The notes beneath the pieces are model-generated. The model did not search any database. It was not told the origin of the DNA and saw nothing but the letters and a program-made list of their open reading frames with translations. From Klebsormidium nitens (taxonomy: Eukaryota > Plantae > Klebsormidiophyceae), in the NCBI GenBank assembly GCA_000708835.1, contig DF237655.1:1-41931 (forward strand): a stretch of 41,931 nt of DNA, given 5' to 3'. The translations under genes were made by a program, and so were the position numbers. The stretch's first letter is position 1. Each line of letters starts with the position of its first letter. Shown here one piece after another: positions 22,393 through 32,732 of the stretch.

Positions 22393-25300
22393 TTACTCGC
22401 CTTCCGCCTTTTTGGCTCGGAAGCTTTCCCTCATCGTCTGGAACTTTTTGAAGCACTGCGCCTTGGTCTTCCCCGGCACTGCCTGCATGATGCGCTCCCA
22501 CCGCGCCGGTGTCTCCTTGGGAAACGCTTTCAGAGCCTTCACCAGCGCCACTTCCTGCCCCTCCGACCACGCGTCGTCACTTGCAGCAGCTCCGTTCGCA
22601 GCGCTCGCACCCCCGTTGGCCGTTTGTCCCCCCCCAGCTTTCTCCCCATTTTCCACCCCACTTTTTGGCGCGTCGCCCACGTCGGCCCTGTCTGTAAGGG
22701 GCGACTTTATTTCGGGCGGCGCTTTCCGTTGCTCGAGGAAGGCCAGGAAGGCCTTGTCGTCCTCGGGCTTCTTCTGCAGCTCGTTCTTCTGCGTGGCAAT
22801 CACCTCGTCCACGCTCCGCCCGCACATGCTGGCCACCACCTCCCACCGGTTGCGCGTCCCGCGAGGGTACTTGAGCAGCGCCTTCTTCAGCAGCGCCGTC
22901 TCCTGGCTGCTCCAGGGGCGCGACGCAGTGTTCGCCGCCGCCTTGGCGCCTCCCGCAGACTGGCCTGCAGCCTTGCCACCAGGGCTCTCACCGCCTGTAG
23001 GCAAGGTGTCCCATATTCACCAATTCAATTGCAGCCTCTTCGAGCCATCGAAGTCCACTTGCTGATTGCTGATCGCCTGATCCACGCCCATATGCGAAAG
23101 ACGATATCTGATTGTAAGGCCCGCTTACAAGGTCAGTCTACTACAAGTGGGAAGCATGTCACATTGACACCACACATTTCACTTCAAATGAACGCATCAT
23201 CTGCGGCCCCTTCCAAATTTCTAAAGATTGGTCACATACCTCAACTTCAAACTCCGACCTTTAAATATAATCAATTCAAGAAGTTTCCATCCAAATCCAG
23301 CAGCTTTCTTGTCTCCCTGCTTTCCGTGTTTCGATCATAGCAACCAGCAGAACAAACTATGCCAGGTACGCGGCTTCCCCATGGTGCTCCCATTCATTGG
23401 GCAAGTTGATACAACTCTAATCATACGAATCCAACAGCATCCTTCCCACACAAGCTACTCTCCAAGAAAACGAACGAAGAACGAAAGTGCTTCATACCAG
23501 CTCAATTGCAAAACATGAAACCATCCCCTCACCCTTGCCCGACGTCCCTGCCCCCGTTTCCTTGCCCTCTGCCGCTGGCGCCGCGCTTAGCCCTGCCGCC
23601 GCCGGCTCGTCGTGCACTGCCTGCGGGTCTCTGAGCCTCTGCACGCCTCGCCGCAGCGCCACCCCCTTGCCCTCGTCGCTCCCCGCCGCCTCCACCTCAT
23701 CGCACACCCGCCGCAGCCCCAGGAGGTCAAACCCTGTGAGCAGCTCCTCCAGCTCCTCCGCCGTCACTTTCTTGCCCGCCCCCGCCAGCTCCCCCGCGGC
23801 CGCCCGGAGGCGCTGCCGCTCCTTGCGCACCAGCTTCTTGTCCTTCTCACGCTGCTTCTTCTCCTCCCGCGCCGCCTCCGCCGCGGCCGCCTCTGCAGCC
23901 TCCTTGGCCAACCGCTCCTCTTCCACCTTTCGAGCCGCCTCCTGGCACCAGGCAACAGAACCACGTCAGGGTGGTGGCAGAGGGGAGTATCGCACTGCGC
24001 TTGTCAACCGACTGTGCAGATGAACCTGATGTCCCCTTAATGTGTAGGCCCTGTGTGTACATTTGTTAGGCTGCTTTCGATGATCGTCAAAGAGGACTGC
24101 TGTCACTAGAGGCAGCAGAAAGAGGAAAGCATCGCCAGGCAGGGACTTGTCCCCATCTGTGATGCTGTTGAACCCAACTTTGTTGCATAGTACAGAACTG
24201 ATTGTCAAGTTGCTCAATGTTGAATACCAAGCTTTGTAGGATTCAAGCACCACGCCGCAATAAAATGGATGCCGTTTCTCATATCTCAGATCATTCTGAG
24301 AGCATGGTAATGTTTGATGGAGATTACTGAGGGGGCTGGCCGATGCGCGAATTGGTGTATCAGAGGAGAGGTGTGCAAGCTGACCTCCTCTGCTGCCCTT
24401 TTCGAGGCCTGCTTGGCCAACTTCTTCTTTTGCTTCTCCTTCTTTTCCTCCTCCTTCATGCGCGCAACTCGCGGGTCTCGCTTGTAAGCATTCTCAACCA
24501 ACTCACGGATCCGGGAAACTTCCTCCTTTTTAGCCCTGCACATCGAAGCAAAAGGCTTGATATCAAAAACTGTTCCGGGCTCCTGCCTTGAACAATCAAC
24601 TATAGATGGTACAGTGCATTCATGCCAAGCCACATTTCGGACTAAGAGAGAATGCAGAACAACCACCTGCGAGCAGCCACACCCTAAGGGTGGTGGCAAC
24701 GGAAGCACCCGATACCCGATACTAAAACCCAGCCTCAAGATCCCCCCTTTCTGCTCAGATCCTCCCCACCCTGTCACAACCATAAATCCACCGTTGCGCC
24801 TGCCCTTACATGTTGTCGGCGGGCGGCACGACCTGGCCTGATCGGCGGGCGGCACTAAATGGCCTGATCTAGATTAGGCAACCCTAATCAACCATCAATA
24901 AGGAGAAACTGCCAACGCCAGGTAGAGGGGCGTGCTCACTTTTCCCGTAGCTTCGCATTCTGCCTCTCCATCCAGCGCTTGTGCTCGCGCCCCTCTGCCT
25001 GGTCCAGCTCGTACTCGTCCTCCTGCGGAAACTCGCGCCAGCTCTTGAACAGGAACCAGAAGTCATAGAAGGCATCCACTTGCGCGTGCGGCGTGGCGTC
25101 GTCGCCCAGCAGTGGGCAGGGCTGCTGCAGCGACCAGCGGCTGTTGCGCTGGAAGACGGGGCCGTACACCTTGTAGAAGTCCTTGGGCTCGCAAGCATCC
25201 GGAATGTCATCGTCAAACTCATCGATGGAGTCAAACAGGCGCCGCTTGGCGGGGTCCGTGAGCACCTCGTATGCCTCCTGGATGAGCTTAAAGTGATTGT

Positions 25301-25784
25301 CCAGCTCCTCACGCTTGGCATCCTTCTCCTCCTCGCTGCCCAGGTCCAGCAGCACTGCCGCCTGCTTGTCGGGGTGGTGCTTCAGCGATGTTGCCCGGTA
25401 TGCCTTCTTGATCTGGTCATCATTGGCCAGGTACCGCAGGTGGCCCAACCCTAGCAGTTGGTAATGGTCGTGCTGCTCCTCGCCGCCCTTCGACCCCTTT
25501 TTCTTCTTGGTGCCCTCCCAGGAAGATGGGTGCACATGCGCCGGATCATCCAGCTTGGCATCCTCCTCCTCTGGTAACGGTTCCCCATCTCCCTCCTCTC
25601 CTGGTTTTTCCACATACTTCAAAACCGCTGCATGGAAGCTGTGGCCCGCTGGTTCTTGCCCCAGCCTTTTCACAGGTGTTGCACACGAGGCAACAACTGC
25701 AGAACCCCCTTTCGGGACTTCAGCGGGATCATACGCGATCAGCCGCCCTGCGCCACGCCTCCTCATCAACGCTGGGACCGACAT
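22393..25784 (-). CDS. DNAJC2: DnaJ homolog subfamily C member 2 / zuotin / ZRF1 (J-domain plus two SANT/Myb domains), 4 exons, 668 aa
   Basis: Exons (minus) 25784-24940, 24535-24385, 23941-23533, 22994-22393; 2007 nt. J-domain DHYQLLGL...LKHHPDK, zuotin region FYDFWFLFKSWREF and KRWMERQNAK, SANT motifs RPWSSQE...RWEVVA and DAWSEGQEVALVKALKAFPKE...RWERI. Confidence 0.96.
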
Positions 25785-26100
25785 CGCGCCCGCTCAGCTG
25801 AGTCGAAAGCCAAGGGGCAGGCCAATCACGGCTGCGCAAGGGGACACGCCCGTCGCATGCACACGCCGTAAAGGTGCTGAACGGAAGCGGCTTGCAAGCG
25901 GCCCGAGGAGCAGCTTTGAGGAAATGCGCAACCCAGTGCTAGATCCACATTTGCAAGCGGAGATACAAATTCATGATACCTGCACATGCTCTTGGGGTAG
26001 CGAATCTCTCAGTCTATGATGGTAACGGCTGCTCGGGTCCGAAACCTGCCGGTAATGGTATTTCAGTCGTCAGATTTGAGGAATCTGGTGGGAATCCTCC

Positions 26101-26260
26101 ATTTGCCCACCCCAGCCTGAGGAACCCGAGGGGAACCCTAGAAAACCTTCAACTTCAGGTTCAAGGTTGGCCTTCAAAGTTGGGCCTTCAAGTTGCCAAC
26201 GCCAGCATTGGGTCCCCTTGGCCCTGGGGCGCCCTTGCCATTGGCCCTAGTAGCTGGAAC
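26101..26260. promoter_or_regulatory. Candidate bidirectional promoter core (telo-box-like AACCCTAG, TGGGCC site-II-like, repeated CTTCAA)
   Basis: GAACCCTAGAAAACC near 26133; GGCCTTCAA(A)GTTG twice at 26169-26195; lies in the 596-bp gap between the DNAJC2 and FAF1-like start codons. Confidence 0.35.
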
Positions 26261-26380
26261 AGTGGGAGACGCTGTTGAAGAGGTCGAAGAGGCACACACC
26301 GTAGGTCAAAGTCGGTCTGAAGAGAAAATCAATGCTAGTTACAGTGGGTAATCTTATCAGGCTGTGGTAATTTGATTGGC

Positions 26381-29300
26381 ATGGGCGCTATGGCTATTGT
26401 AGAAGAAGCTGGGAAGGTGGAGTTGCGGCTGGAGAAATATGGTGAGTTTTTTCGTCTTTTTTGACCTTTGAGCCTTTTCAACACCTCCTTCACTGTGATT
26501 CTGAGCTCCCACCCCTCGTACATCTGATTGCTGCCTTGCAGGGGCGCTGGGCATCAGCTTAGACTTGCTGCCCCTGTTGTTGCTTACCATCAGACGTCTG
26601 GCTCTTGCCGGTTGATTCTGCTGCTACCATTGATTACAAGCTGATTCATGTCCCTGCTCATCTTGGCAATGCAGGGGAAGAATTTATGAGGATGTTTGAT
26701 GACAGTGACAGCGACACTGGGCGTCCGGCAAGTTTCTTCGCACCAATCACTCCCCATCTGCATATCTTCGATTGGAATGCACAATTGGCCAAGCTTTTCA
26801 GCGGGCGCATGCAGTGTTGCTCAAGATTGATTGTGAATGGCCATTGTGTCAATTTCTCCCGTGTCGGAAGCCCTGTGCCTTCGCACGCGTGCTAATTCTT
26901 AGTGCTTACCAACTCCACTTTCTGACCACAGACTCGGTGCCCTGCTGATTGGTTGAGAGTTGTGTGCCTGTCAAATTCATGCACAAAATTGGTGACTCTG
27001 CAGGCGCATGAGCCAAGCAGCGGTCCCGCGTCCCGCACAGTGGAGCAAGGTGAGTGCCGCCCATCATAGAGACGCTTTACTGCCAAGTTTGCCTGGCGCC
27101 CTTGCCACACCTGTTCGCAGACAGTGGTCAGTTCTGATCAGCTTGAACATTTGAGACGACCACCATCGCAAGCTGGAAATCTCCATTGCGCTTGCTTTTG
27201 CCAGATGATGCCGCCACCACAAGTGGCGAGGAGGAGGAGGAGGACGAGGAGGGCGCCCAGCGGGGGACTCTGCGGCAGGCGCCGGTGGTGGTGTTTGATG
27301 GAGGGGTGGGGAGCAGCACGCCAAGGGCCGGCAGGCGGGACCGCCGCAACTTCCTGGTGAGAGCCCGGGGGCCCCAACACCTGGGGCTCAGCCGAACCTC
27401 CCCTTGCTTTCTCCAAGGGGAGCTTGTCCTTATTAGACCCGGGTGGGAGAGTCAGGTATTGGGGAAACGATCATTCTGCGAGGAGTGAGGGCGCACTTGC
27501 TCGCACTACAATACATGTGTTGGCAGATGGGGGTTGGGGGCAACGCGTGGAACACTCAACGAGCTCTTGGTGTAGAATTCGAAGGTTAATATTGCTTTCA
27601 AAGATTCAATTGTTCCGAGAGAATATTGGTATGGGAAACGGAAGTTGAGCGTACCCCTCTCCCCACAGTTCGAAGGCAGAAGTCACAGGCCCCATGTCAA
27701 CCTGAAATGACTGTGGGACTCAATTCACCAGATCAGCAACCATGTGGAGAAGCCTACCTTATGCACTGTGATCAGAAAAAGACTTGCTTTCTCAAGAGCT
27801 CGTTCAGCACTGCCACCCCGACGTACGAAGATTTGAAAGCCCACTATCCTCAAAGTCAATTCCATCACTAAGTCAGCCTCGCTCTGTTCTCCAGTCTCCC
27901 CGGGTTGCGGACGTGTTGCGAGAGGGGGGCCGCGGCGCTGCGGCAGGGGACAGCGACGAGGAGGCTCTGCTGGGCAGTGCGGAGTTCCAGCGGATGGCGC
28001 GCGAGGTGGAGCTGCTGGGGGCAGCGCACCTGGACAAGCACGAGAAGAAGAAGTGGGAGGCGCGCGCGCTGCAGCAGATGGGGGCCAAGGTGGGGCACAC
28101 GAAAGGGGGGCTTTTATGTTCGAGGATGGGTTGAACTGTGCAATAGGAGAGCGAGAATTCGATGTGTCGGACAACGACAAGGTCAATTGTGACTGCTCCA
28201 TTCTCAAGAAAGGAAAAGAGACAGGTTTTGATACTCGAAGATCCCATTCGAAAAGGAGTTCCAGCCATCTCAGTGGTTATAGAATGTTGAACCACGTTGG
28301 ATTCTATTAGGGCTGGGCAGCTTACATATCCAGCAGCCCTGGTTTGCTTTGCCACAGTTTTTGTCGAGACGAATGCAGGATGGGAATGCACGGACAAAAT
28401 ATGCGCTTGCTTCTTCTGACGGCTGACGTTATGGTCTGTGAACACGACTGGGCACTGTGCCCTCCGTTGATAATGTCTATCTCTGCAAGTGGAGAGTCAC
28501 CCGTTCTCAAAAAAGACGACACCCGAAGCTTCACCCAACTTGCTGCAGAAAGGCTACGAGGAGCTATCGGCAAGCCCCCAGTGGGACAAGTCCCGGCTTA
28601 AAAGGGCAGTGCGAACGCCGAAAAGTCTGCTCAATTACGCCAACCTTGAACGTTTCGCATCTTTGCTGGACCACCTTGCAGCCGGCGAAGAGTCCTCGCA
28701 TGCCGCTGACGATTGGGTCCGGGATCGAGAAGAAGCGCAAGGAGAGGGAGGCGAAAGCGTTTGAAGAGGTACGCAAGACGGCGATTGGACAGCATACCTT
28801 TTTGCCCGCCAAGTAGCCTGGGATGCACCCTTTTGTTCGTCCGGGCATACAAGCACTTTGTGTTGACTCCCGTCACAGTGGTCAGCTTCGATGCCGAGGT
28901 GGATCAATACCGCAACCTTCCGACGAGTTATGCCGCTTCGCCTAAACTCACTCACTGCGGTTCTTGGGATTCCTTAAAAATGCGAGGCTGGGGAGGACTG
29001 TCTCGTTGACACGCAGACAGGTGCCGCACCAAAAGAATGGTGGCAGTGTGTTGTCGGCCGTCGACTGGTGTATGGCCATACCAACTTTGCCGTTTCGAAA
29101 CGTTGCTTGCCGGCCCTCGATCCTGACCAGCTTGGTTGCGGCCCGTCCATGTTGTGTGCTTCTCCAAGCTGATGCCCGCGGTGTTGCGGTGCACAGGACG
29201 TGGCGAGCGGCATGGTGCGCGTCAAGGGGAGCGGCGCGGCCAAGCGGCGGGCAGCCAAGCACGAGAAGCGGAGGGAAGGGGACCGGGGTCTCAAAGCCTC

Positions 29301-29481
29301 GGACGGCACGTTCCGTGGCGGAGTGTTGTATATTAAGAAAGAGGCGGGGAATCCGGTACGAGAAGGCCGGTCGGGGAAACGGAAGAGTATGGGGGACGAT
29401 TTTGAGGGAGACTCGAGGAAACGGGCGAGGAAAGGGCCGGGGGCCAAATCGAAAAAGAAAAAGTCGAAGAAGAGGAGGTGA
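26381..29481 (+). CDS. FAF1 / C1orf131 (DUF4602)-like small-subunit ribosome biogenesis protein, 7 exons, about 292 aa
   Basis: Exons 26381-26441, 26675-26727, 27004-27049, 27205-27356, 27895-28089, 28682-28768, 29197-29481; 879 nt; needs a GC-AG intron at 26728. Motifs LEKYGEEFMRMFD, RRNFLSPRV, LQQMGAKPAKSPRMPL, GLKASDGTFRGGVLYIK, and a Lys-rich tail. The first three exons are less certain. Confidence 0.75.
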
Positions 29482-29699
29482 GGCTGTCGTAGGCACCCTT
29501 TGACCGGGAGTGCACAATGACTGCCAGAGGTTTGCAACAGAACACTGAGGGATGTTGCGAACGAAAATCCGGATTTCAAGCGGGGACTTATCATTTGAGC
29601 TTCCCAAGGGATGCTCGAGTGGTTCAAAGGGTATTGTCCCGGCTGTGTACTGGCGTGAAGTCTAAAGCTGTGTGAAGTCTTCGTTCTTTGTTTGTGTGC

Positions 29700-30500
29700 G
29701 TCATGCAGAACGGTAGTTCCACGTGTGCCGCCTATAAGTTCTTTAGCCCTATCGGATCTTACAAACGGTAAACTAGTAAGACGGCCCCACATATGCGCGG
29801 GAATGGGTATGTGTGTGCTGTGTACATGGATCATATTGTGTGCTGATTGGCATGTACAGGCTGCGCATTTGGGGAAGCGGCATAAGGTAGTCATTGGCGG
29901 CTAGATCGGAACTACTTAAGCTGTTTGTGTGATTCGAGCGCGCGCCGCCACGCGCCCTGTCATGCACCGCACCGAGGTCGGCACTCCGCTATAGATGACG
30001 GTTTGCATCACGCTGCATGATGGGTATTGAGTCTATCCGATATCGCGTTATATACGTACACGTACGGGCTGACTCATCAGACGTAACATGAGAATTGAAC
30101 ATGACTGATCGATATGTTCATATGCAATATACAATTGATTGATCCATCAATTTATCAAACATGATTGATCAATCAATACATTGAACATGCCAGACAGTGA
30201 ATTCAAGTTCCCGGTCGGATCAGTGTGCATCGAGTTGGACCTAGTACATGAGAGAACTATAGTTTCGCGATATTCGAACAACATTTGTGATATTGGCCTC
30301 AAATACGATTCCGCCTCCAATGTTCAGTCCGGTCCAGCTTTGCTGGATCTGGCATGCAATCCATGGAAGCTATACAATGCCGCTCCGATCTATGTGGGAA
30401 TAATGATGCTCTGGCATCTGGACCTCTATATTAATTGAGCACATTGCAACGATCGACAGTCGCTAGGCTTACCAACAGGTTCGAGCTAGGTCAATCAACA
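29700..30500. other. Palindrome / alternating R-Y-rich intergenic island 4 (between convergent genes; boundaries approximate)
   Basis: TATATACGTACACGTACG 30049-30066 (18 nt alternating), TGATTGATCAATCA 30162-30175 (14-bp palindrome), GATCGAT 30107-30113. Confidence 0.7.
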
Positions 30501-30634
30501 AAGAGAAAATGCCGCCAGACCGCGGCGCTCGCGCGGCGACGGAGCCTGGCTGCCTGATTTTGAGTGATACCTGGAGTGCTGCGATAAAGAATGTACGGCA
30601 ATTGTAATGGTGTTTATTGCGACCCGTTCTGGCC

Positions 30635-32027
30635 CTAGCTCTCACTATCTAGGGACTCGCTCTCTATCATGATTGGTCGCCAAGAATTGATGTAAGAGTA
30701 TCGCGACAGAAGCACAAACCAGCGCCGGAACCAGACGTTCTGTGAGGCATGTTGCCTCATGCTGGCTGCACTTGCTGCAGCGGCCCCCTCGATGCAGCAG
30801 CCCCCGCCCATCCGGTGCAGCGTTTGGCATTCAAAGATCGAGAAGGCCACGTCCAGTGGGCCCAAAAACTTGCGCACGACGCCCATGCTCAACAACTCCC
30901 AGTAACGCACTGGCGTCGCGGCAGGAGCCTCCTGCGCCACTGCCCTGCACGAAAGAGTACGAACTTGTCCCTCAATCTGGTGGGAACACGGAACCAGATC
31001 ACTCAGTTCAGCCAGGATCGACTTTGGAACAATGGAACAATGGAATGTTTAAAAATGCCCCTTGAAATGTCTTGCCGCTTTACATCCTAGACGATTTCGA
31101 TCTTCAAACCTACAGGAGTACTCAACAACAACATTCGCTTTTGTCAAATCTAGACCTGCCACTTCTGTCAGCAGTTCGGAGGACAATATTTGACATGTTG
31201 TTCGTCTTCCACAGCCCACAGCCTTGCAAGGTGGTGAGGCCCACCTGACTGCTTCATGTACTGCCTTGTGGTTTGGGTGCCCTGAAACTCCATCCCCATC
31301 AAACGTGAGCACCATCTGAACGCCATGTTCCTGGATGGCTGTCCTGATGAGCTGGCGTGCGGTGGCCTGGTCCCAGCGCTGCTTCTTGCCGTCCTGCAGG
31401 CCTGGGTCGTCCACCACACTCACATCGGTGGGTTGCACTCCGAGCAGGGGGGCAGCTGCCAGGAGCTCTACCGCTCGCAAGGGCCCCAGGCCATCCGCGT
31501 TCCCTGCAGATGCACGTAGAAAGGAGTGCGGCAATCAGCAACAAAGAAGGGCGTTGACACTTCGTCACAGCTTGTTTGAAGGGCAATTGGAGGGCGTTCA
31601 AATTCGAGGACCACATTAGTCAAGAGGCCCCCTTCTTGAACAAGAACAACTGCCTGGAAAAGCATTAGAATGTACTTTCATTCTGCGCGTGCCAAGCGGT
31701 AAACAAAGAAAGCACCCTCCTGTTTATGACTTTCAACAGCTTCATGCTTTTGAGGAACACATCACAGATTGCAGATTGCTCACCATTGGAGAGGCACAGA
31801 ATGAATACCCGGCAGCAGTTTGCGCGCGCCACCGCTAGCAGCGAGGGGGCAAAGAACATGGCCTCATCGTCAGGGTGGGCCGTCACCAAAAGGATGGGGA
31901 CGGGCCCAGAAGCGCCAGCTGGCGCAATCTCCAGCGTACAGCTGCCCAGCATGCTGTAAACAAGGCATGCTGTGATCGCCACAGCTCCTACGAGGATGCT
32001 GCTGGCAAGAGCCAGTGGGCGGGCCAT
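30635..32027 (-). CDS. PIGL: N-acetylglucosaminyl-phosphatidylinositol de-N-acetylase (PIG-L/GPI12), 3 exons, 270 aa
   Basis: Exons (minus) 32027-31784, 31503-31245, 30944-30635; 813 nt. N-terminal hydrophobic anchor, LLVTAHPDDEAMFFAP, LCLSNGNADGLG, TFDGDGVSGHPNH, HASQNVWFRRWFVLLSRYSYIN. Confidence 0.95.
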
Positions 32028-32732
32028 TCTTGTGGCCCACGCTTGTGGCCATGCAGATTGATAACCAACGGTGAAACCAGGACGTGCTGTCAAGTTTGCT
32101 GTTGAGTTCTCAATCTACGAGCTGTATCAGTGTATGAACAGGGAAGCTAGACTCAGGTGAGGGGCATGAGCTCAGCGCTCCACTGAAGTCCACCCCATGG
32201 GGCCAGCAAATTGTCCAGGGCAAGCGCCAGCGCCTCGCTTGCAAGTTGCATACGGTACATGTGGGTAATTTGGCCACAGACCCCATGAACAGCGACCATC
32301 CGCACTTTGAGAGTGCCCGGTGCCGGGGATTACGCCGTTTCTACGCTCGCTTGCAATAGCTCTGTTTCCACGTAGCTGGAGCTGCCGATTTCAGATCCGT
32401 GATGTTGCATGCTGGTAACGGTCCACTTAATAGTGACGGTTCTGCTAAATATGAGCCCTTCGACTGTGTGGTCGCCTGCATTTTGGAGGATAATACGTAC
32501 CCCCGAAGTTGTGCCGGCATGGGATTTCCCAGATCTCACCCATATCGAGTGTGTGTGTGAGTGCCATGGCATGGGCCTTCAAGTTCAATTGTGCCAGTAC
32601 GTGGTGGATTACGGTACCTCAGCAGAGCGTGAGAAGCGGCGTTTCTGGTGGTGTGCCAGCGGCTGATCAGCATCAACTTCTAGCCAGCGTTTTTTCGCTG
32701 CCAATTCTGGCTGCCACCTCCATGCTGACACG

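Noticed and set aside
22321-23340. 339-aa plus-strand ORF, and similar long ORFs 7095-8108, 28974-29894, 33221-34039, 34067-34807
   Set aside because: These are antisense or off-frame shadows of GC-rich exons and introns of DNAJC2, GMPPA, FAF1-like and IF2, with no recognisable motifs.
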